From Leptospira sp. (GTDB taxonomy: Bacteria; Spirochaetota; Leptospiria; Leptospirales; Leptospiraceae), in the NCBI GenBank assembly GCA_034439575.1, contig JAWXAQ010000015.1:160001-224000 (forward strand): a stretch of DNA of 64,000 nucleotides. The letters are read 5' to 3'. A model generated the notes under the pieces. That model made no database searches. It worked only from the letters and a program-made list of their open reading frames with translations, and was not told the origin of the DNA. This document shows, in pieces, positions 21,302 through 29,936 of this stretch (positions are counted from its first letter, which is position 1; each line of letters opens with the position of its first letter). Position numbers and translations under genes: made by a program.

Positions 21302-21700
21302 ATGGCACAGTCAAGTTCACAAGACGAAGAAATTGGAAGCATTAACATCACACCTATGGTGGATGTGATATTAGTACTTCTTGTTATCTTTATGGTAACA
21401 GCAAACTTTCTTAAAAAAGAAAGTATTAACATTAATTTGCCGAAGGTTCAAGCAGCGGATCCTAATGTTGCAGAATCCATCCAAGTAGCTATGACCAAAA
21501 CTGGTGGTATTTTGCTAGAAGGAAAAGATATACAAATCCCTGCTCTAGTAAAAGATCTTGAACGTAAATCAAAAATTAAACCTAACATGCGTTTGACTTT
21601 ATCGGCTGATGAATCCTTACCTTATGGTAAAATTACTGAACTTATGGGATTGATTCGTAAAGCTGGAGTTACAAAAATCGCACTCAGTGTAAAAAAATGA
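21302..21700 (+). CDS. exbD: ExbD/TolR
   Basis: INITPMVDVILVLLVIFM and ADESLPY. Confidence 0.93.
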   Translation: MAQSSSQDEEIGSINITPMVDVILVLLVIFMVTANFLKKESININLPKVQAADPNVAESIQVAMTKTGGILLEGKDIQIPALVKDLERKSKIKPNMRLTLSADESLPYGKITELMGLIRKAGVTKIALSVKK

Positions 21701-22353
21701 AAAAAGTAAAAAAATATTTAGCTAAGGTTACTCATTCAGTTAGGCAGAACAAGGAACGTCTATTCCATATCTGTTTGATTTTAAGCTTTATATTACATAC
21801 TGGTTCTTATGCGGCTTATAAAATTAGTCAAATGCGAACAGACGAAGAGGTCACAGAATCATCTGAATTCGAAGATGTAGATCTTAATTTTGATGACATA
21901 CCACCTGAACTTATTGGAGGAACTTCTTCACCGGCACCTGTCGAAAAAAGTGAATGGGTTGAAGGAAGTAACAAAGATAAAGAAGATGAGCCTGATAATT
22001 CCGATCTAAATCCGAATCAATTATCAGGCAATGGAACTGATAAAGATGGATTTCTATTTTCATATAACGGTGATAAGCCTCCGACTCCGATAGTCGATTT
22101 TGATTTAAAAGATTATTTTCCACCGCAAGCAAGAGCCGCAAATATTTCAGAAAAAACTGTCATACTTTTAGTACAAGTAAACGAAGATGGAACTTTGGAA
22201 TCTGCTAAAATTGTAAGCGGAAAAGCTGGATACGGTTTTGATGAAGCAGCAATGAAGATTGCTAGCCGATTGCGTTTTAGCCCTGGTTATGTGCAAGGCC
22301 AACCGAGGAAAATGGCCCATCGAATGCCTATCAATTTTAACTTAGAGGATTAA
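21697..22353 (+). CDS. tonB: Energy transducer TonB
   Basis: TM anchor with SxxxH, acidic/Pro linker, TonB C-terminal domain (FDEAA..RFSPG). Confidence 0.88.
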   Translation: MKKVKKYLAKVTHSVRQNKERLFHICLILSFILHTGSYAAYKISQMRTDEEVTESSEFEDVDLNFDDIPPELIGGTSSPAPVEKSEWVEGSNKDKEDEPDNSDLNPNQLSGNGTDKDGFLFSYNGDKPPTPIVDFDLKDYFPPQARAANISEKTVILLVQVNEDGTLESAKIVSGKAGYGFDEAAMKIASRLRFSPGYVQGQPRKMAHRMPINFNLED

Positions 22354-22355
22354 TT

Positions 22356-24278
22356 TTGAATCGGTTTTTGTGGGAAAGGCTCGAGTCCTTTTTAACTAAA
22401 CCGATTTTGGTCATCAGTTTATTTTCTTTAACTATCATCTCTCTATTACATTTTCTAATTCTTTCTCCCATACTTTCTAACCAATCTATCTTTAATTCCT
22501 CCGGAAATACTAAAACTTTTTCATCCGATTCATATTATTTGTTAGGTGACTTACCAAAAATGCCAGATGGGAAATATAATTTCAAATCAACAAATGATAT
22601 ACTTTGGCCAAAATTTGATGTATATGTGGACACGGATTCTTTAGTAAGACTCGCCGCTTCTGAAATTGTATGGATTCGAGTAGATGGTATTGAACTAGAG
22701 GGTTTAGAAGAAAGATATTGTATGATTGATCACAATGGTACTTTCTTTCAAGTATACAATGATTCAGGAGATTTGTTATTTCAGTATGGAGATCCGAATG
22801 AAAAAGACAATCTTCCGAAATTTTTTGACAATGATTTTTCTTGGGTAAATCTTGGTAGTAAACCATCTAAGTTTTATTATGTGAAAAATACACATAGAAA
22901 GGATCAGTTATTCGGTGTTCAACCCGTACAAAATCGAATTGGTTCCAAACACGAAATATTAACAAAATTTGCTAAATCAAATTTACTTTCCTTATATCTT
23001 CATTCGTTCTTTGTCATAATTGGACTCATCTGTTCATTAGTATATTTCACTCAGTATGAAAAAAAGTATTATACTCTTTTGGATTTTTCGGTATTCACAT
23101 TCTTAATTGGTATATTAGGATTCACAAGTAGTGATTTTCTTAGGTTTCTTTCAAACGATAGACATACTTTATATTTAATTTCTACTATTTGCGCTAACAT
23201 AGTTTATATACCGATGCATTCTGGTCTAAAAAGACTATTTGGGCCTGGAAAATGGAATATTTTGACAATATTGATATTTTCTAATATTATAATAGGCATA
23301 TTTAACACTATTCTTGGTTTTAATTTAAATGACAATCCTGATATGATGGTTATTTTTCTAAGATTGCGATTCTTTTATTTGATATTCGCAATTATGAATT
23401 TTTTAGGGCCAATCATTGTAGCCTATTATGCTTGGAAACGAGGGATTGAGATTGCACTCGGGCATGTGATAGGTTTCTCATTCACGCTTGTGCTAGTTTC
23501 CATTGAAATATATTTGTCAATCCAGGACCAAACTTCCCTTACTCATGTAGCATACTGGGGAGTGTTATTTGGTGTTTTTGCACAAGGTTTGGCACTAGAA
23601 AAAATATTCTTTTCAAATAGACAAAGGATGCAACAGTTTGAGGCATCACTTATAATTGCCGAAAAGTCATTACAGGAAGTTCAATTAAAAACTCTACAAA
23701 CCAAACTTAGTCCCCATTACTTATTTAATTCGCTTAACACTATTCATGCGCTTCATCAAACAAAAGCAGAGCATGTTGGCGATGCTATACTCAGGTTAGC
23801 TAACAATTATAGATTTTTATCGGATAAAGCTGATCTCCCTCTTATCCCATTTAATGAAGAATGGTCTTTTATCGAAGACTTTCTACATTTACAAAAATTA
23901 AGATTTTATGATACTGTAAAGATTCATTTAACAAAAGAAGGTGATTTCAATAATGTATTGATCCCACCTTTAACACTTCAACCGATAGTTGAAAATTCCT
24001 TTAAACATGGATTTCGATATTCTAGTTCCACAAATTGGATGATAGATATTACTGCGAAAATTGATAACAAAGGAAACTTACATTTAAAAATTGCCGATAC
24101 TGGTGCTGGTATAGACGACACGATTCCTTTGGATGATGAAAAAATTTGGAGTCGGTCACTTGGAAATATCAAAACAAGATTATTGCATCATTATAGTTAT
24201 GCGAATATAAAAATTACAAAAAATAACCCTTCCGGTCTGGTGACTACAATACTAATCGAAAAACCTAATTCTTTATAA
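22356..24278 (+). CDS. LytS/YehU-type membrane sensor histidine kinase
   Basis: Periplasmic domain, about 7 TMs, SPHYLFNSLN H-box, LQPIVENSFKHG and DTGAG. Confidence 0.88.
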   Translation: MNRFLWERLESFLTKPILVISLFSLTIISLLHFLILSPILSNQSIFNSSGNTKTFSSDSYYLLGDLPKMPDGKYNFKSTNDILWPKFDVYVDTDSLVRLAASEIVWIRVDGIELEGLEERYCMIDHNGTFFQVYNDSGDLLFQYGDPNEKDNLPKFFDNDFSWVNLGSKPSKFYYVKNTHRKDQLFGVQPVQNRIGSKHEILTKFAKSNLLSLYLHSFFVIIGLICSLVYFTQYEKKYYTLLDFSVFTFLIGILGFTSSDFLRFLSNDRHTLYLISTICANIVYIPMHSGLKRLFGPGKWNILTILIFSNIIIGIFNTILGFNLNDNPDMMVIFLRLRFFYLIFAIMNFLGPIIVAYYAWKRGIEIALGHVIGFSFTLVLVSIEIYLSIQDQTSLTHVAYWGVLFGVFAQGLALEKIFFSNRQRMQQFEASLIIAEKSLQEVQLKTLQTKLSPHYLFNSLNTIHALHQTKAEHVGDAILRLANNYRFLSDKADLPLIPFNEEWSFIEDFLHLQKLRFYDTVKIHLTKEGDFNNVLIPPLTLQPIVENSFKHGFRYSSSTNWMIDITAKIDNKGNLHLKIADTGAGIDDTIPLDDEKIWSRSLGNIKTRLLHHYSYANIKITKNNPSGLVTTILIEKPNSL

Positions 24279-24849
24279 TAATTTTACGTAATTGCTCAGA
24301 AATGACATTGGCAGAAGTCCCACCAGGTAAGGCAGCGATTTGATTTATATTTTCATCCAAGATATAGATAAAATTTGAATGCTCAACTGTGTAAGAGTTT
24401 CCAAAATTAACTTTCTTATTGATTAATCCAAATATTTCACCTAACCTTAATATGCTTTCGTTTGTTGGTGATAGGGCTACCAGTTTGCCTCCGGGAAATT
24501 GTTTTGAATAATTCTCTAATAATGTAGGATTATCTCTTTCTGTATCCAAAGTCACAAATACAAATCGCACCTGATTCCCAAGTGGGCCAAGGATCAACGA
24601 GGCTCGACCAAAATTTGTCAAAGCTAAAGGACACATATCTGGACAATGGGAAAAGCCAAAATATAACACGGTGTAACCTTTGTTCCAAAATTCGGGCGAT
24701 AGCAAATTTCCATTCGGTAAGGTAAATTTCAGATGTGAAATCTCTGATTTATCCCTTGAGGCATCACCCAAATAATGACAATTCATCGTAAAACACATAA
24801 GAGATAGAGCTAGGTGAAGATAAAATAATCTCATACTGCCACTATCCAA
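24265..24849 (-). CDS. SCO1/SenC copper chaperone
   Basis: FGFSHCPDMCP (CxxxC) and YTVEHS; true start may be about 24834. Confidence 0.92.
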   Translation of the reverse strand: MDSGSMRLFYLHLALSLMCFTMNCHYLGDASRDKSEISHLKFTLPNGNLLSPEFWNKGYTVLYFGFSHCPDMCPLALTNFGRASLILGPLGNQVRFVFVTLDTERDNPTLLENYSKQFPGGKLVALSPTNESILRLGEIFGLINKKVNFGNSYTVEHSNFIYILDENINQIAALPGGTSANVISEQLRKIIIKN

Positions 24850-25871
24850 CCCATGGCACCATTCTCTGCCATATGTGTTTGGTGGGGATGAAACATATAA
24901 CGACCTTTCTTTGGTAAAGTAAATTCTATGATCGCTCTTTCTGTTGGTCCGAGTGATACGACATCCGAATGCCCATCAGGTTTAGTACTTCCTAAATTTC
25001 TAATGATATCAAATGTTTGGGCATGTAAGTGAAATGTCAAAATAGGATCTCTTTCTAATAAATTCTGAATATAAAAACGAACTTTTGAACCGACGGGAAC
25101 TTTCATCGGATAACGATCATATAAACCTGAAACTCCATTCCAAGTATAAAAATCATTTACCCCTCTGTTTTTTGTGTCCCAGCCAGAAAATGTTAATACA
25201 AATTCATGTGCAGGTGTCCTTGGAATCAATGGATCTACAATCAAAGTACCAAACAATCCTTTAGCTGTATGAAGTGTTAGCGGGGGTACATGACAATGGT
25301 ATGGATGAATTCCAACTGGCCCCGCTGTAATTTTATAAATTTTTTCACCAAAGGCTGGGATAGGTTCCCAACCATCCTCATTGGGATCATGTGATCCATG
25401 AAAATGTATAGAATGAGGATCAGGGCTAGAATTTTGAACTTTAATATTTAAAACATCGTTTAATCGAACTCTAATAATGGGACCAGGAACTAGTCCATCA
25501 AAAGTCCAAGCAGGATAACTTACGCTATGTGCTATATCCACATTTAAAGGAAATACTTTTAAATCAAAATTTTTTACTTTCTTCGAATCCGGACTGTAGT
25601 TTGGAGGAAAATAAAACCTTTCCGCATATTCACTTGTTATATGAAAGGGAGGATGTGCCATGCTCCCATATTGGTTAGTGGCTCTTAAACTTCCATTCGC
25701 ACCAAGGCTACCCGAATAAAGATCTACTGTCGTATTTGGATTTGGAACAGAAGAGCTACAAACATCATTAGATCCATACACGGTATTTGTTGTTTTATAG
25801 GAGCCGAATAATGCCCCAAAAAAACCAGTAGCTCCAAAACCTAATGTTGTAAGAAAACTCTTCCTATCCAT
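24831..25871 (-). CDS. Two-domain multicopper oxidase with Tat-like signal
   Basis: HSIHFHG, YHCH..H...GL, FHLHA and FHPH motifs; N-terminal DRKSFL. Confidence 0.88.
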   Translation of the reverse strand: MDRKSFLTTLGFGATGFFGALFGSYKTTNTVYGSNDVCSSSVPNPNTTVDLYSGSLGANGSLRATNQYGSMAHPPFHITSEYAERFYFPPNYSPDSKKVKNFDLKVFPLNVDIAHSVSYPAWTFDGLVPGPIIRVRLNDVLNIKVQNSSPDPHSIHFHGSHDPNEDGWEPIPAFGEKIYKITAGPVGIHPYHCHVPPLTLHTAKGLFGTLIVDPLIPRTPAHEFVLTFSGWDTKNRGVNDFYTWNGVSGLYDRYPMKVPVGSKVRFYIQNLLERDPILTFHLHAQTFDIIRNLGSTKPDGHSDVVSLGPTERAIIEFTLPKKGRYMFHPHQTHMAENGAMGWIVAV

Positions 25872-25874
25872 GGA

Positions 25875-26189
25875 TTAAATCTGACTGATTAAACTCAATA
25901 TCCAAACTACAACCAACACACCAAATCCACCAAGCACGGCAGTATATCTGAATTTTTTATTCAAATGGGATTGATTTGAAAGTAGAAAAATACCACCACC
26001 AAACATCGGTACGAGTAAGATCACAAAAGACCAGATGGTAGATGTTAAAGTTGATGTTTCCTTTTGTTGCGACAAATCATAAAGCGCTATAGGCGCCCAA
26101 ACAGTAGTTAAAACGAAAGGCAAGTAATATGCGTAAGAACCTAAAAAGTAAGTCCAAGCGCTGGCATTTGATAACATTGTTGATTCCAT
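25875..26189 (-). CDS. Small membrane protein (PLDc N-terminal-like)
   Basis: ALYDL...W...ILLVP.FG pattern, 3 TMs. Confidence 0.7.
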   Translation of the reverse strand: MESTMLSNASAWTYFLGSYAYYLPFVLTTVWAPIALYDLSQQKETSTLTSTIWSFVILLVPMFGGGIFLLSNQSHLNKKFRYTAVLGGFGVLVVVWILSLISQI

Positions 26190-26208
26190 AAAATTCTCCT
26201 TTTTTCCA

Positions 26209-28182
26209 TTAAACCGATGGTGTTGCTACGCGAGTAATCGCATAGACTGCTAAAATTAATATTGTCATAAAGAATCCAACACCACCAAACACGATGACGT
26301 TTGTGAATCTTTTTGGAACTTTACTTTCCTTTGAATACAAAACGACTAATGAACCCAAAAATGGGATTAACATCACACTCCAATAAGAAATATTAAACTT
26401 AATTTCCTTTGATCTATTTACCAAATCCAAAATAGCCATTCCCGTCCAAGCCGCAAAAATTGTAAATGGTAGTAGATATCCGATTATATGAAAAAACCAA
26501 GTTTTAAAAGTTCCTGGATAGTGATTACGCAATCCATTGGTAAAAACTTTTGATTCTTTTTGATACTTATCAATTTCTTGTTTTGTGATCGTTGGTAGAG
26601 TCGCCGTCTCGATTAGATATTTATTTGTTTCGTAAACATCGTGAGCTGGGACTATTTTTGATTCATTTTCTTTCGGCATATTAGTCTGATTAGGTGGTGC
26701 CGGTTGATTTTTGTACGAAGCCAATGTAAAATCACCCAGACTTGCTTGCACAAAAAGTCCAAGAAGACCAATGGTGGAGGACAAATCAGCTACCCAAGGA
26801 TAACGTAACTTTCCACAGCCTTGAAATGTTTCAAGCATTGGTGGGCTACTCACATTGTAATGATTGTTCTCAAAACAATTTCCCACATTGACAGGTCCGC
26901 TCAGAGCGATATCACCTCTTCCTGAAGAAAATACTTTATTATTTCTAATCACATTATTATTTGAAATCCATATATTTTCATCCAAATTCATTGCGACAAG
27001 AATTCCGTAATTATTGTGATTAAAAACGACGTTTCCTTCGACAATATTTTCCAACCCACCTAACAAACCTATTCCATTTCCAATGGAAGGAATTTCTAAT
27101 TTTTTAGATGGGGCTTCCAAATTATTGTTGTCATAAACTAAATTATTTTTAACAACAATGCTTTTTTGAGGAGGTAATAATTCTCGATCTAGTGTATTTG
27201 GTCCTATACCTAACTGGTTTTTTCTCCAGACAGAAGATAATAAATACAAATTACCACTTGCATTCGTTCCAGAATATCCGAGTGCATTATTTTCGGCGAT
27301 AACATCATTAACAATCGCATTACATGGATTACACTGCCCTATATATAATCCAGCATCTGGAGAACCAGAGCCATACGAATGTTCAATTAGACCGTCCACA
27401 GAATCGAATGCATAAATTCCATAATCACCATTATTATATGCCGTGAGATAGGAACCTCGATAACCTTTGACCCCCGTCCAATAAACACCATTCAAAGTAG
27501 CATTTCTGGTTGTTAGGTTTTCGACGGCAACTCCATCTGCACCAACGACCATCACACCATTCCCACGAAGAAATTCACCATCGATGATCGTTTCATTTCT
27601 ATCCTCACCCCGAATGATAAGAGAAGGAGTGGTCACGACAACTTCTTCTTTATAAACACCTTTCGCAATTAAGATCAAATCACCAGGCGAAGCGGCATCT
27701 ACAGCGTTTTGTATTGTTGGATACTGAGCGGGAACCTTTCGTGTTATACGTGACCAAGTTTTTGAAATCTTCGACTTAGCAATGTTTGACTGAGGACTAT
27801 ATGTAGCATCACCTATCACAGCTACACCCGTCATACCAATTTTTCCATCTGGAGAAGAATGAAAGGAACAAAAGAATGGATACACTCCATCTTCAGGAAA
27901 GAACACATCGGTTTGTGCCCCACGAAACATAGCAGACTGACCATAAGTTACTTCTGTTGACCATTTTTTATCAACAGCTATCGCATTATGTGGGTTATTT
28001 CCAATATTAACAAATCGGATCTTTCCACCTTTAAAAGTTTTGATCACAGGTGGACTGAAGGCATTGTCAGTCATCGTTACGTGAACAAAGGCAGAAGATG
28101 CAGGATCTTCTCCACTACATCCCATAACAAAGACCATTCCTATTGCTAAAAATATTAAATAAAATGAATGTTTTATTTTCAT
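26209..28182 (-). CDS. Lipoprotein: cupredoxin + right-handed parallel beta-helix + C-terminal TM module
   Basis: Lipobox VMGC; type-1 Cu ligands HN..., CSFH...M; TIQNAVDAASPGDLILI..GVYKE beta-helix entry; Asn-rich repeats; C-terminal TMs. Confidence 0.85.
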   Translation of the reverse strand: MKIKHSFYLIFLAIGMVFVMGCSGEDPASSAFVHVTMTDNAFSPPVIKTFKGGKIRFVNIGNNPHNAIAVDKKWSTEVTYGQSAMFRGAQTDVFFPEDGVYPFFCSFHSSPDGKIGMTGVAVIGDATYSPQSNIAKSKISKTWSRITRKVPAQYPTIQNAVDAASPGDLILIAKGVYKEEVVVTTPSLIIRGEDRNETIIDGEFLRGNGVMVVGADGVAVENLTTRNATLNGVYWTGVKGYRGSYLTAYNNGDYGIYAFDSVDGLIEHSYGSGSPDAGLYIGQCNPCNAIVNDVIAENNALGYSGTNASGNLYLLSSVWRKNQLGIGPNTLDRELLPPQKSIVVKNNLVYDNNNLEAPSKKLEIPSIGNGIGLLGGLENIVEGNVVFNHNNYGILVAMNLDENIWISNNNVIRNNKVFSSGRGDIALSGPVNVGNCFENNHYNVSSPPMLETFQGCGKLRYPWVADLSSTIGLLGLFVQASLGDFTLASYKNQPAPPNQTNMPKENESKIVPAHDVYETNKYLIETATLPTITKQEIDKYQKESKVFTNGLRNHYPGTFKTWFFHIIGYLLPFTIFAAWTGMAILDLVNRSKEIKFNISYWSVMLIPFLGSLVVLYSKESKVPKRFTNVIVFGGVGFFMTILILAVYAITRVATPSV

Positions 28183-28191
28183 GATTTTCCT

Positions 28192-28249
28192 AAATGTGAG
28201 GAAATCCTCATATTTTAAAGAATCCTAAAGAATAGGAAAAATATGTCAA
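28192..28249 (-). promoter_or_regulatory. Sigma70-like promoter and palindromic operator of the copper operon
   Basis: Minus-strand TTGACA (28249-28244)-N16-TAGGAT (28227-28222); inverted repeat AAATGTGAGGA-AA-TCCTCATATTT (28192-28215, 1 mismatch) just upstream of the ATG. Confidence 0.65.
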
Positions 28250-28261
28250 ATAATATTCGAA

Positions 28262-28894
28262 TTATTTTAAGGATCGGAAATAAATATCCAAAAAAATATT
28301 TAGTTCCTGAATCATTGCTTTTTTATGAGATTTGCTTAAATTTGGCTCTCGCATTAACGAACGGTAAACACCATCCACAGCTTCTACAGTTATCTTTGCT
28401 ACAACCAAAACCCTTTGTTTATTTAACTTCGGAAATAGAGGTAATAAAAGTTCCTTAACCAAAGATTTGGCAAAACGTTCGTTACTTTTAAAATCCAATT
28501 CCATTAAAAAGGGATTAGAATATACGATCGTTTGAACAAGAGGATATCCTTTATTTTCAGAAAGCGAAGTTTCAAAAGCTTCTAGAATTTCTTTTGTTAG
28601 ATTTGAGTCATATTTTTTAAATTTCTTAATTAAATACCTAATTTTCTCAAAAAAAGCATCATGCAAGCTAATATACGTTAATTCAGCCTGGGTATAAACA
28701 ATCGTTTCTTTATTTGGAAAAAATTGATACAATGAACCCACAGAAATGCCAGAGCGAACGGCGATGATATCAGTAGTTAGATTTTCATATCCGATTTCAC
28801 TTAACACATCAAAGGTTACGTCTAAAATCTTTTGAAATCTCTCCTGAGATCTTTTTTGTTTAGGTGCTTTTCTTGGGAAAAGTTTATTTTGCAT
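28262..28894 (-). CDS. TetR/AcrR family regulator
   Basis: PRKAPKQKRS and TTDIIAVRSGISVGSLYQFFPNKE HTH. Confidence 0.92.
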   Translation of the reverse strand: MQNKLFPRKAPKQKRSQERFQKILDVTFDVLSEIGYENLTTDIIAVRSGISVGSLYQFFPNKETIVYTQAELTYISLHDAFFEKIRYLIKKFKKYDSNLTKEILEAFETSLSENKGYPLVQTIVYSNPFLMELDFKSNERFAKSLVKELLLPLFPKLNKQRVLVVAKITVEAVDGVYRSLMREPNLSKSHKKAMIQELNIFLDIYFRSLK

Positions 28895-28922
28895 TTTTGA
28901 ATTAGAATTTCAAAAGATTATA

Positions 28923-29873
28923 TTACCAACTACCCGAACTGCCACCACCACCAAAACTTCCCCCACCGCCACTAAAACCTCCACTACTTCCGCCCGAAGA
29001 CCAACCTGAGCTTGAACCTGATGAAGATCCTCCACTAACAAATGATTCCCTCTCTTCCATTTTTTTGCGCCCGCTAGGTGTTAGGAGAAAATATAATTTG
29101 TAAAGACCTATGCCAATTACATAAATTAAAAATATGGAGACACCGATATTGACACCATGTAATGCGATAGGGAATAAACTCCAGAAAGGAAAAAGAAAAA
29201 AATAAATAAACCAACCTATATAAGGTGTCGTTGCCGCAACGTAAGTAAAAATCCCGAGCACAAAAACAACGAATAAGGATGCAAAAATACGTACTACAAT
29301 AGGAATATTTTCTCCACCTCCATCTAAGGCTCCAAAAAATGATAAGGGGCCAAGATAACTATAATCCTTTGGTGGAGGAATAAAATAAGTCCCACCAATT
29401 GCTCCTATAATGGAATCAATGCCAGCTGTGATTCCTGTTTCAAAGTCACCAGCCTTAAAATGGGGTTTTATTTCTGACTCAATGATACGGTGACACAAAA
29501 CATCCGTTAATACGCCTTCTAATCCGTAACCAACTTCAATGCGCAATTTGCGATCATCTTTTACTATAAGTAAAAGTACTCCGTTATCAGTATTTTTTTG
29601 ACCAAGTTTATTTTTTTCTGCAACTTTGAGTGAGAATTCTTCAATAGATTCGGCGTCTAAAGAGGAAATGATTAATATGGCAATTTGGTTAGTGGATGCT
29701 TTTTCAAAATCAGTCAATTTTGATTCTAGTTGTCTTTGGAATGATTCTGAGATAGTCCAAGTTTCATCAGTCACTCTGGCACGAAGGTTTGGAACATCTC
29801 GTGCATTTAAATTATAAAATGAAAATAGATAACAAGCAAGTGGCAGTAAGTAAAAAAATTTCTTTCTTTGCAT
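28923..29873 (-). CDS. TPM domain (YgcG-like) membrane protein
   Basis: DNGVLLL..DDRKLRIEVGYGLEG and Gly/Ser tail GGGGSFGGGGSSGSW. Confidence 0.92.
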   Translation of the reverse strand: MQRKKFFYLLPLACYLFSFYNLNARDVPNLRARVTDETWTISESFQRQLESKLTDFEKASTNQIAILIISSLDAESIEEFSLKVAEKNKLGQKNTDNGVLLLIVKDDRKLRIEVGYGLEGVLTDVLCHRIIESEIKPHFKAGDFETGITAGIDSIIGAIGGTYFIPPPKDYSYLGPLSFFGALDGGGENIPIVVRIFASLFVVFVLGIFTYVAATTPYIGWFIYFFLFPFWSLFPIALHGVNIGVSIFLIYVIGIGLYKLYFLLTPSGRKKMEERESFVSGGSSSGSSSGWSSGGSSGGFSGGGGSFGGGGSSGSW

Positions 29874-29936
29874 GGCTTTTGCAATAGAAGCCTATGCAAA
29901 GAATCTAAAAAAACAATCTTTTTTCCAAACTTAGAT

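Noticed and set aside
24831-25871. Copper nitrite reductase (nirK)
   Set aside because: Has HxH motifs for a trinuclear cluster and HCH rather than the NirK YHCA...M pattern.
28923-29040. Low-complexity CCA/CCG repeat
   Set aside because: Encodes the normal Gly/Ser tail of TPM-domain proteins.
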